DNA of 64,000 nt from Octopus vulgaris (lineage: Eukaryota), in NCBI GenBank assembly GCA_951406725.2, contig OX597818.1, positions 3,534,001 to 3,598,000 of the forward strand. The letters run 5' to 3'. The position numbers and the translations under genes were made by a program. Numbering within the stretch: the first letter of the stretch is position 1; every line of letters starts with the position of its first letter. The notes beneath the pieces were generated by a model. It saw nothing but the letters and a program-made list of their open reading frames with translations. It ran no database searches and was not told where the DNA came from. This document shows positions 32,501-43,710 of this stretch, one piece after another.

Positions 32501-32692
32501 TGTTTGCAGTTCTCTGATGTTCAGTAGGAGCATCGAGGTGAGGTGTACGTTGTTGCATGTGGTGTCCATCCTGGGTCTGTTTGCTGTGGTGGTCTGGTAT
32601 ATAGTGGGTAGTCCCACCTGCGGGCTTGGGTTTGATGAAACCAGGTCAGCTGCTGTACAATCTTTTGTGCCATGCACAAAAAAGATTGTTGC
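29573..32692 (-). pseudogene. Family B ORF2 (APE + RT) with two frameshifts
   Basis: LLNIR, ALTETHL, TYRPP, MGDFNLP, LSDH, NYRPISLT, YLDFAKAFD, SGVPQG, YADD, LYSLERRRERY. Frame changes near 31645 and 30190. Confidence 0.92.
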
Positions 32693-33135
32693 TCAGCAGC
32701 TGCCCTTTCGACAACATCATGTTGGTCGTTTGTGGCACGCACAACATCTGCGTACCTCCACTTTGGGGCAAGTGGTGCGTGGTCCATCCCTTTTCCTTGT
32801 GTTGATGGTTTGTCCATCTGCCTCGTGTCTCTGTGGCAGGGTCCCCTATGTGCAAAGCGGCAGCCTGCACCTTCCTTTCCATGCCAACAGGAACCTCTCA
32901 GTTAGAACCTACACACCCGTGTGCGCTGTTTGTTTCCATCTTTTGCGGTTCCACTTCTATTCCTGGTTTTTTCACCCTTTGGTCCTGCTTGAGCTTTTCC
33001 TTTAGCTCTTCCAGCCCTTCTTTTAGTTCTTCCTCCTCCCTCTACCTCTTCACCGGGTTCTCCGTCTCCATGGCCTTTGCTGCCGGTTGGAGAACTTGCA
33101 CCTGGGTTCACTTCCCGGGCAGGTTTCTCATTCAA
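32521..33135 (-). pseudogene. Family B ORF1 3' part with CCCH zinc finger (one premature stop)
   Basis: ORFs 32902..33135 and 32521..32817 share one frame. Reading through TAA 32904-32902 gives [21 protein letters not shown] (C-x7-C-x8-C-x3-H). Confidence 0.75.
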
Positions 33136-33299
33136 AACCTATATATATGTATATATATATATATATATGTATATATATGTGTATATATATATATATGTAT
33201 ATATATGTGTATATATATATATATGTATATATATGTGTATATATATATATGTGTATATATATATATGTATATATATGTATATATATATTTATGTATATA

Positions 33300-33697
33300 T
33301 ATCATCATCATCATCATTTAGCGTCCGCTTTCCATGCTAGCATGGGTTGGACGGGTCAACTGGGGTCCGTGAAGTTGCAAGACTTCGTCAGGCCCAGTCA
33401 GATCTGGCAGTGTTTCTACAGCTGGATGCCCTTCCTAATGCCAACAACTCCGCGAGTGTAGTGGGTGTTTTTTACGTGCCACCTGCACAGGTGCCAGACA
33501 GAGCTGGCAAACGCCCACGAATGGATGGTGCTTTTACGTGTCACCGGCACGGGGCCAGGCGATGCTGGCAACAGACACGAACAGATGGTGCTTTTACGTG
33601 CCACCGACATGGGACCAGACAGTACTGGCAAACGGCCACGAACGGACGGTGCTTTTACGTGTCACCGGAACGGGGGCCAGTCGAGCCTGCAATGGAC
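33300..33697 (-). mobile_element. RTE-family 3'UTR fragment with (ATG)n tail and ~60-bp repeat units
   Basis: Reverse complement of the 3' end at 35350-35525; repeated gatggtgcttttacgtg units. Confidence 0.8.
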
Positions 33698-33810
33698 ACA
33701 TATATATACATATATATACATATATATATATGTATATATATATATGTATATATATATGTATATATATATGTATATATATGTATATATATATATGTATATA
33801 TATATATGTA

Positions 33811-35525
33811 TAAGGGCCTTAGAATCAACCTAGCCAAAACCAAAGTCCTAATAAGTAGGAAGGTGGACCAACCACAAACGACTTCAGGTAGATGGCCCTG
33901 CTCGATCTGTAGAAAAGGTGTAGGTAGAAACTCTATAAGGTGCACGAAGTGTAAGCTATGGACACATAAGAGGTGCAGCAATGTCAAAGGTAGGCTAACT
34001 GGGAAGATAGTTTTCATATGTGGCAGATGCTCAGGAGAAATAAACACTGGAAATGTGCAGAGACCAACTTCTACCACGTTCCAGGGAGACAAACTAGAAG
34101 TAGTTGATAGCTTCTGCTACCTAGGAGACCAAGTTAGTAGCGGGGGTGGGTGTGCTGAAAGTGTAACTGCTAGAGTAAGAATAGCCTGGGCAAAGTTTAG
34201 AGAGCTCTTACCCCTGCTGGTGACAAAAGGCCTCTCGCTCAGAGTAAAAGGCAGACTTTATGATGCATGTGTACGTACAGCCATGCTACATGGTAGTGAA
34301 ACATGGGCCGTGACTGCTGAGGATATGCGTAAGCTCGCAAGAAATGAAGCCAGTATGCTCCGATGGATGTGTAATGTCAGTGTTCATAATCGTCAGAGTA
34401 TAAGTACCTTGAGAGAAAAGTTGAACCTAAGAAGCGTCAGTTGTGGTGTGCAAGAGAGACGGCTGCGCTGGTATGGTCATATGACGAGAATGGCTGAAGA
34501 TAGTTGTGTGCAAAAGTGCTACACCCTAGCAGTTGAGGGAACCTGTGGAAGAGGTAGACCCAGGAAAACCTGGGACGAAGTGGTGAGGCACGACCTACGA
34601 ACTTTAGGTCTCACCAAGGAAATGACTAGAGACCGAGACCTATGGAAGTATGCTGTGCGTGAGAAGACCCGGCAAGACTAGTCAGGCCATAACCCGTGGC
34701 CCCTACCTGGGACCTAGTCAGTCCACCTGTGCATACCTTCCTTCTTGTGACACTTATGAAGACCTGTTGAGGCAAGTGAAAATCAAACAAAATCAAAATA
34801 GATGAACATCAATGGAATTTGTGGTACCAGTGCTGGTGGCACACAAGAATACCATCCGAACGTGGCCGTAGCCAGTACCGCACCGACTGGCCTCCGTGCT
34901 GTGGGCATGTAACAATCACCACCCAATCGTGGTCGATCGCCAGCCTAATCTGGCTCCTGTGTCGGTGGCACATAAAAAACACCATCCGAGCGTGGTCGTC
35001 TGCTAGCCTTGTCTGGCACCTGTGTCGGTGGCACATAAAAACACCATCCGAGCGTGGCCGTTCGCCAGCCTCGTCTGGCACCTGTGTCGGTGGCACATAA
35101 GAAACACCATCCAAGCGTGGTCGTCTGCTAGCCTTGTCTGGCACCTGTGTCGGTGGCACATAAAAACACCATCCGAGCGTGGCCGTCTGCCAGCCTCGTC
35201 TGGCACCTGTGTCGGTGGCACATAAAAACACCATCTGAGCGTGGTCGTCTGCCAGCCTTGTCTGGCACCTGTGTCGGTGGCACATAAAAACACCATCCGA
35301 GCGTGGCCGTCTGCCAGCCTCGTCTGGCACCTGTGTCGGTGGCACATAAAATCACCCACTACACTCTCGGAGTGGTTGGCGTTAGGAAGGGCATCCAGCT
35401 GTAGAAACACTGCCAGATCTGACTGGCCTGGTGCAGCCTTCGGGTTCCCCAGACACCAGTTGAACCGTCCAACCCATGCTAGCATGGAAAGCGGACGTTA
35501 AATGATGATGATGATGATGATGATG
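33811..35525 (+). mobile_element. 5'-truncated RTE-clade LINE (C-terminal ORF, 3'UTR minisatellite, (TGA)n tail)
   Basis: Open frame to 34681: [72 protein letters not shown] repeats on both sides. Confidence 0.9.
34845..35357. repeat. ~62-bp minisatellite, ~8 units, in RTE 3'UTR
   Basis: caccatccgagcgtggYcgt..gccagcct..tctggcacctgtgtcggtggcacataaaaa recurs at ~34980, 35042, 35105, 35167, 35229 and 35291. Confidence 0.92.
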
Positions 35526-35583
35526 TATATATATATATGTGTATATATATGTATATATATATGTATATATATATGTATATATA

Positions 35584-35969
35584 TCTCTCTATATATAAAC
35601 GGCAGTTTGTCTGTGCGCGTTTCTGTGTGTCTGTTTGCTTGTACCCTCACCCTGATCACGGCTTTCAACCGATTCTGATGAAACTTGACACACACATAGC
35701 TCAATGTCATAATTCAAAACTAACGCAGCCAAAATTTTGAAAAGTTCCCCCAGTTCTGAAAAAAATCGATAAATTCGACATGGGGTCGAAAATCAGAAAC
35801 ACGAACCACAAACTGTCTAGGGGACGCAACTCCATCCTTTTTTAACTCCCCCAAAAAAATTTACCATCATTTTTTCCCATTTTTTTGCTATTTTTTGGCT
35901 ATAACTCTCTAAAAATGCTTTATAGTTATTTCCCTTACAAACCTGAGCAACGCCGGGCGATACTGCTAG
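35584..35969 (+). mobile_element. Non-autonomous Helitron
   Basis: 5' TC..tatatataaa start, 3' hairpin cctgagcaacgccggg followed by CTAG, inserted between A and T. Confidence 0.8.
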
Positions 35970-36071
35970 TATATATATATGTATATGTATATATATATAT
36001 GTTTGTAAAAAATGAAGTTTGAAAATGCTGCTATATTAGACAAATTTTAATTTTTATATATACATTATTTA

Positions 36072-36113
36072 TTTAACATGTTTCGGTTCTTGAAATGACG
36101 AACCTTATCAAAA
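36072..36113 (-). ncRNA. Degenerate hammerhead
   Basis: Minus strand: ttt TTGATAA ggttc-gtcatttcaa-gaacc GAAA catg TT aaa. Confidence 0.5.
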
Positions 36114-36232
36114 AAAATTATATGTATATATATATATGTATATATGTATATATATATATATGTATATATATATAATTAGTGAATGGAAGAAATGGAGTTG
36201 AACGAAGATTGTACAGAATTCCTTTTATTACA

Positions 36233-36312
36233 TTCTACACATGTTTCAAAGGCCACAATTTTCCAAATTCTGATTAAATAAGGATACCATATTGCAGCTT
36301 TCTCTTCAAGAA
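36233..36312 (-). ncRNA. Degenerate type I hammerhead with long stem II
   Basis: Minus strand: ttc TTGAAGA gaaagctgcaat...attgtggccttt GAAA catgtg TA gaa (C3U change). Confidence 0.6.
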
Positions 36313-36504
36313 AAACCAGGAATTACGTTGTCAGAACAAAACAAAACAGAGGCGCAGCAAAGCAATTCGAACGAGGACGCTCCTTAAGAGCCCATGGATA
36401 AACTGTTTTGCTACCCAGGTATCGGTTAAACTTTTGAATAATCTGTAACAAGAAAATTCATCTTTCCATTTCAACAAATATATATATATATGTATATATA
36501 TATG

Positions 36505-36539
<35 letters not shown>

Positions 36540-36570
36540 GTATATATATCTATATATGTATATATATATA

Positions 36571-36624
<54 letters not shown>

Positions 36625-36626
36625 TA

Positions 36627-37947
36627 ATCCTTAAATCCTTAAAAATGTTTTAGCCCGAAGGCCACGGCCATGCTGGGGCACCACCGCTGAATGAGCTACA
36701 CTAGTTTGTGAATCCACCTCTGATACGTGGCACTTGATCAACAAGGGAGTTCGGTGCTGCTGCCCGCATCCGCGTCTCCTGTCGTGAGGTAGGTTCATCT
36801 GGGACTCCCAACAAGAAGAGATCCAGTTTAGTTTTAAAGAAACCCACATCCACACCATGTAAATCTCTCAGGCATTTAGGGAGGATGTTAAAGAGCTGTG
36901 GTCCTCACCCAAGCTGTTGCAGTATCTGGACCTGTATTTTGATGGTGATGTTGGAATCCTTGGCACCATGCAGCGGCGCCCCGTTCTGCGGTTGGAGTAA
37001 ATTTGAATGCCAAAGTTTGGGACAAGACCTTCCAAGATTTTCCAGATGTATATCACTGCATATCTCTCCCGCCTCCGCTCTAGGGAGAAGAGGTTTAATA
37101 CCTTCAGTCTTTCCCAGTAGCTGATATTTTGCATTGAGACGATTTTCTTTGTGTAGCTTCTCTGAATTGCTTCGAGTTCTGCTCTTTGTTTTATATTGTG
37201 TGGTGACCAAAGTTGGGAGCAGTAGTCCAAGCGGCTGAGGACGAATGTTTTCCATAGGACCATCAGTGTCTCCTTCTTTCTTGTTCTGAAATTTCGGAGA
37301 ATCCATCCAGCTAGCCGTCTGCATTTTATCACCAGATTAGCAATATGCATTTGGAAAGTTGCATCATTGCTCATGTCAATGCCCAGGTCACGCACTGATT
37401 TTGACTCAGGGATTGCAATTCTTCCTGGGCCAGTGTATCCAGTCTTCACGTCATTTACCTTTGTGTGCCAATAGCGCAGGACCTGGAACTTACCTGCATT
37501 AAACTGCATGTTGTTGTCCTCAGCCCACCTGTATATTGTGTCCAGCTCATGTTGCAGATGCGCAATATTTTCAGGGTTTTGTATTGCGTGGGAGACTTTT
37601 GTGTCATCTGCATAGCTAGCAAGGGTGGTCATCGTAGCAACTGAAGGCATGTCTGAAAGGGCCACTATGAACATCAGTGGCCCCAAGACAGTGCCCTGTG
37701 GGACACCGCTTGTTATTTGCGTTTCCTTGGAGGTGGCTCCATTGCTCACAACTGCCTATTTTCTGTCTTTTAGGAAGTTGTGCAGCCACTCTCCAAGTTT
37801 CCCGCCTATGCCGAGACCACGCAGTTTGTGACAGATCATACCATGGTCGACTTTATTAAAGGCTTTTGCAAAGTTGAGATATATTACATCCACATTTGAG
37901 CCATTTAGTAGCTGTTTCAACACCCAGTCATAGTGTTGCAGGAGCTG
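36627..37947 (-). mobile_element. 5'-truncated family C LINE (RT C-half to 3' end, TTTAAGGA tail)
   Basis: [41 protein letters not shown]. Diverged from family B. TA on both sides. Confidence 0.9.
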
Positions 37948-37952
37948 TGTTT

Positions 37953-37984
<32 letters not shown>

Positions 37985-37999
37985 GTATATATGTATATG

Positions 38000-38048
<49 letters not shown>

Positions 38049-38073
38049 GTATGTATATATATATATATGTATG

Positions 38074-38128
<55 letters not shown>

Positions 38129-38149
38129 GTATATATATATATATGTATA

Positions 38150-38211
<62 letters not shown>

Positions 38212-38342
38212 AATGTAATATGTATATATATATGTAAATGTATATGTATATATATATGTAAATGTATATGTATATATATATGTAAATGTATATGTATATA
38301 TATATGTAAATGTATATGTATATATATATGTATATATATATA

Positions 38343-38572
38343 TTTCTTTACTACCCACAAGGGGCTAAACACAGAGGGGACAAACAAGGACAGACAAAGG
38401 GATTAAGTCGACTACATCGACCCCAGTGCGTAACTGGTACTTAATTTATCGACCCCGAAAGGATGAAAGGCAAAGTCGACCTCGGCGGAATTTGAACTCG
38501 GAACGTAACGACAGACGAAATACGGCTACGAATCTCGCCCGGCGTGCTAACGTTTCTACCAGCTCGCCGCCT
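38343..38572 (-). mobile_element. tRNA-derived SINE with Nin/Deu-like central domain
   Basis: Minus strand: ggcggcgagctggtagaaacgttagcac.., B-box gagttcaaattcc, gcctttcatcctttcggggtcgataaattaagtaccag. Confidence 0.8.
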
Positions 38573-39483
<911 letters not shown>

Positions 39484-41142
39484 GACTCAGCTACTGGCCC
39501 CGATGGATTCCCGGCAATCCTCCTAAAAGTATGTAAGAGAGTCCTAGCAAGACCATTGCAGTTCCTCTTTCAGAGCTTCCTTGCAGCTGGCAAACTTCCA
39601 AGAAAACTGAAGGAAGGTAAAATATGCCCTATTCATAAAGGAGGTAGCAGAGCAGAGGCCAAGAACTACAGACCTATCTCTCTGACCTCACATATCAGCA
39701 AGGTCATGGAACGAATAGTCAGAAGGAAACTAATCACCTTCCTTGAAGAAAATGACTTGCTGCCTGACACCCAACATGGTTTCCGACCAGGAAGAAGCTG
39801 CTTAACTCAGCTCCTGCAGCACTATGACTGGGTGCTGAAACAACTGCTCAACCACTCAAATGTGGAAGTCATATATCTCGACTTTGCAAAGGCCTTCGAT
39901 AAAGTCAATCATGGAATGATATGTCACAAACTGCGTGATATTGGCATAGTTGGAAAACTAGGAGAATGGCTTCATGACTTTCTGAAGAATAGAAGTCAGG
40001 TGGTAGCAGCCAATGGGGCCACTTCCATTAGCACGCAAATTGTGAGCGGTGTTCCACAGGGCACTGTTTTGGGACCACTACTGTTCATAATGGCCCTTTC
40101 AGACATGCCCTCAGCCACGCGGAGAGCCACGATCACAAGTTATGCAGATGATACAAAAGTTTCACAGGAAATACAGAACCCTGAGGACACTAAACACCTG
40201 CAATGTGAGCTGGACGAAATATACAAGTGGGCTGAAAAGAATAGCATGCAGTTCAATGCTGGAAAGTTTCAAGCTTTATACTATCAGCATGCAAAACTGA
40301 ATGCAATACCCAATGAATACACTGGACCCGGAGGGATTGCAATCCCAGAGGCACAATCAGTGCGTGACCTGGGTATTCACATGAGTGATGACGCGACCTT
40401 TCATGTACATGTTGCTAAACTGACAATGAAATGCAGACGGCTGGCTGGATGGATTCTTAGAACCTTTAGAACAAGAGAACAAGAAACCATGATGGTCCTC
40501 TGGAAGACACTTGTCCTAAGCCACTTTGACTATTGCTCTCAGCTATGGTCACCATCCAGTGTCAAGTTGATCACAGAACTTGAGGCGATCCAACGAAGCT
40601 ACACGAAGAAGATAGCCTCTGTGCAGCATACGAGCTACTGGGAGAGACTCAAGAGATTAAAGCTCTATTCCCTGGAGCGTAGGCGAGAAAGATATGCCAT
40701 AATATATATCTGGAAGATCCTGGAAGGTCTTGTCCCAGACTTTGGCATCGAGAGTCACACAAACGCCAGAACCGGATGCCACTGCGTAGTACCAAGGACT
40801 CCAAATTTGCCATCAAGATGTAGGACAAGATATTGTGATAGCCTGGGCTTCAGAGGCCCACGGCTCTTCAATGTCCTCCCGAAGAACCTGAGGGACCTGC
40901 ATGGTGTAGATGCTGATGTCTTTAAAGTAGGACTGGATCTCTTCCTGTCAGGTGTCCCGGATGAACCAACTTCACGGCAGGAGGTGCAGATGAGGGCAGC
41001 TGCATCGAACTCTCTCATGCATTAGATGGCGTTTGCTAAAAAGCATCCGTGAGGTAAACCCGTGTAGCAAACCAAATGGCGGTGCCCCAGCATTGCCACA
41101 GCTCATTAGCTGAAACTGGAAAAATCAAAATCAAAATCAATC
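39484..41142 (+). mobile_element. 5'-truncated family B subfamily LINE with uninterrupted RT frame, (AAATCA)n tail
   Basis: Open frame [10 protein letters not shown]...YADD...SNSLMH to 41025; shared 3' motif; TA on both sides. Confidence 0.93.
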
Positions 41143-41159
41143 ATATATATATATGTATA

Positions 41160-41211
<52 letters not shown>

Positions 41212-41290
41212 GTAGAAAAATACAACATGGACAAGAACGTATAACTCTTAGAAGACGATACAATAAACACGGACAGGACATTCGAAACCC

Positions 41291-41353
41291 TCAGTCTTCA
41301 GTCAAGAACCAGATCATCGTAGTAATTTCGGCTGATTAATCTTGAGATTACTA
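41291..41353 (-). ncRNA. Candidate non-circularly permuted hammerhead ribozyme (copy 1)
   Basis: Minus strand: tagtaa TC tcaaga ttaa tcagcc GAAA ttacta cgatgatctggt tcttga CTGAAGA ctga. Stems I and III are 6 bp each and in exact register; stem II is ambiguous. Confidence 0.55.
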
Positions 41354-42164
41354 GATCACGGCCAGCCCTCCAAGAAAAACTAAGCAACGAGCATTAGAAA
41401 AACTAAGCTGGAAGCGTAGATTTCCTGGAAGAAGGATCGAATGCATACGAACACCAGGACAGCAAAAGGGACAGATATAAAAAAACAAAAAACAATAATG
41501 GAATACAGAAACATGAAATACAGAAGCATTAACGGTGAAAACAACAAGTGTCTTACGACTGATAACAAGCAAACAAATTTTTTCTCTGGCGCATTGGAAG
41601 GAGCCTTTATAGCGGCGGACGAAAAACAACGATGTTAACGTGACGATGGTCAGAAGCTGAAAGGCAGATTTCAGCCAGCAGTCACGTGACAGAGAAGAGA
41701 GAAAAGAAAAGAAAGAGAAGCAAAGGAAGAGAGAGAGAGAGGAGAGAGAGAGAGGAGGGACAAACGCAACAAAGAGAGAGAAGAGAGAGAAAGAAGGAAT
41801 CAGAGAGGAGAAGGGATGGGTGTCGAAGATTGACCTGTGAGTGCAGAGCGAGACAAAGAATTAGGAAGGTAGTGGAAGATTAGACCAAAGAATCAGAGGA
41901 AAGAGAAGAGAAAAAGAGGATGAGTAGAGAGAAAAGAGAGGAGAGAGAAGAGAGAGAGAAGGGGACAGATCAAATAAAAATGAGAGAGAGAGAGAGACAA
42001 ACAGAGAGTCGTACCAATTATTAAGAATATGTGCTCACATTAATGTTAAGAGGGTACGGGGCGCCTGGAATATATGTTAAGGTATGTAGAAAAATACAAC
42101 ATGGACAAGAACGTATAACTCTTAGAAGACGATACAATAAACACGGACAGGACATTCGAAACCC

Positions 42165-42227
42165 TCAGTCTTCAGTCAAGAACCGGATCATCGTAGTAAT
42201 TTCGGCTGATTAATCTTGAGATTACTA
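42165..42227 (-). ncRNA. Candidate non-circularly permuted hammerhead ribozyme (copy 2)
   Basis: Same as copy 1 with one linker substitution. Confidence 0.55.
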
Positions 42228-42476
42228 GATCACGGCCAGCCCTCCAAGAAAAACTAAGCAACGAGCATTAGAAAAACTAAGCTGGAAGCGTAGATTTCCT
42301 GGAAGAAGGATCGAATGCATACGAACACCAGGACAGCAAAAGGGACAGATATAAAAAACAATAATGGAATACAGAAACATGAAATACAGAAGCATACATA
42401 TGTATATATATATATACATATGTATATATATATATACATATGTATATATATATATATATGTGTGTATATATGTATA

Positions 42477-42547
<71 letters not shown>

Positions 42548-42549
<2 letters not shown>

Positions 42550-42750
42550 GTCTGTGTGTCTATGTTTGTCCCGCTAACATCGCTTGACAACCGATGCTGG
42601 TGTGTTTACATCCCCGTCACTTAGCGGGGACGTAAACACTTATATAGAATAAGTACTAGGCTTACAAAGAATAAGCCCTGGGTTCGATTTGCTGAAATAA
42701 AAGGCAGTGCCCCAGCATGGCCACAGTCAAATGACTGAAGCAAACAAAAA
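42548..42750 (+). mobile_element. SINE 3' half
   Basis: tttgtcccg..gcttgacaaccgatgctggtgtgtttac..ggcagtgccccagcatggccacagtcaaatgactgaa; homologous to 58903-59090. Confidence 0.8.
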
Positions 42751-42771
42751 AAATATATGTATATATACATA

Positions 42772-43441
42772 TATTTTATAATTAGGGTTCAGGAAAGATT
42801 TGCTTTACCACATACCAAAGTTTAGAAATAGCAGCCAAAGAACCTTAGCTTTTTCCTTTACTTTAAAAAGTGACTCACAGACAGTTTTCTCCCTGACAAT
42901 AAACTACAGATTTTTTCTGTATTATTTTTACTTGATGACACACGTGGATGGGCAGGGGAAGGTGATGAACCTCATTCGTATATTTTGAATTCGGCAGTAC
43001 TGGATGTTGAATATGATCTGACTGATACTGTTAGTTGGAGAGGTATATTCAATTCTTCCAGTGCCTTCAGATTTAATATTGTGAAGTCCCATGCTGAAGA
43101 GGAAAATGTTCAGGTAAAGTATAAATTCTACATTCTTTATACCGATTTAATTCCGAAACGCGTACATGGGTAATCAAATATCGATTGATTTTGTTATTTT
43201 TCCTCTCTGCCTGCGTGGATTGTTTTTGAGTACTTTGTTTTTGTCCGGGAGTCTATTTTTAAACTAGAGGAAATAGCTAAGGTTCTTTGACTGCTATTTC
43301 TAAACTTCGGTATGTGGTAAAGCAAATCTTTGCTGAACCCTAATTATAAAATATTACTTAAGTTTACCGAGAAACGGTCCTTTTTCATGCCGAATTCTAC
43401 TTGGTGAAATTATTGATTACTAGTTAATTAATTTTACCCTT
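42772..43441 (+). mobile_element. Penelope-like terminal repeat remnant with ~95-bp inverted repeat
   Basis: 42772-42868 is the imperfect reverse complement of 43257-43354. Encloses an intact hammerhead. 3' end is shared with 23300-23592 and 55790-55850. Confidence 0.65.
43088..43170 (+). ncRNA. Type I hammerhead ribozyme, intact core
   Basis: cccatg CTGAAGA ggaa...ttcc GAAA cgcg TA catggg. 6-bp stem I, palindromic stem III, predicted cleavage after 43164. Confidence 0.85.
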
Positions 43442-43510
43442 TGTTATTATTGATAATATATATGCATTTATATATATATATATATAAATATATATATATA
43501 TAAATATATA

Positions 43511-43592
<82 letters not shown>

Positions 43593-43710
43593 ACACATAT
43601 ATGTGCATATATATATTTTTTCATATATATATATGCATATCTATATACCTATATATACTTATATATATATACATGCACATAAATACGAATTGGATTAGAC
43701 TGTTGTTTAA

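Larger units (their letters stand above)
29481..33139 (-). mobile_element. Longest family B LINE copy (ORF1 3' part, complete ORF2 region, 3'UTR, (ATCA)n tail)
   Basis: Collinear APE, RT and C-terminal ORFs (31544..32677, 30133..31653, 29573..30136); (TA)n on both sides. Confidence 0.95.
41204..42395 (-). mobile_element. Non-coding element with ~320-bp direct terminal repeats (874-bp period), retrozyme/Penelope-pLTR-like
   Basis: 41204-41529 is repeated at 42078-42395 (8-nt indel, few substitutions). GA-rich interior, TA flanks, hammerhead-like motifs in each repeat. Confidence 0.8.

Noticed and set aside
33347-34681. 444 aa ORF as a single fusion protein
   Set aside because: It is a chance read-through from an antisense RTE tail via TA repeat into the RTE C-terminus; only 33811-34681 is coding-derived.
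34845-35357. CRISPR-like regular repeats
   Set aside because: Whole ~62-bp units repeat with no unique spacers, there are no cas genes, and the context is a eukaryotic LINE 3'UTR.
38490-38572. tRNA gene
   Set aside because: The A/B-box-like head belongs to a SINE; there is no complete cloverleaf.
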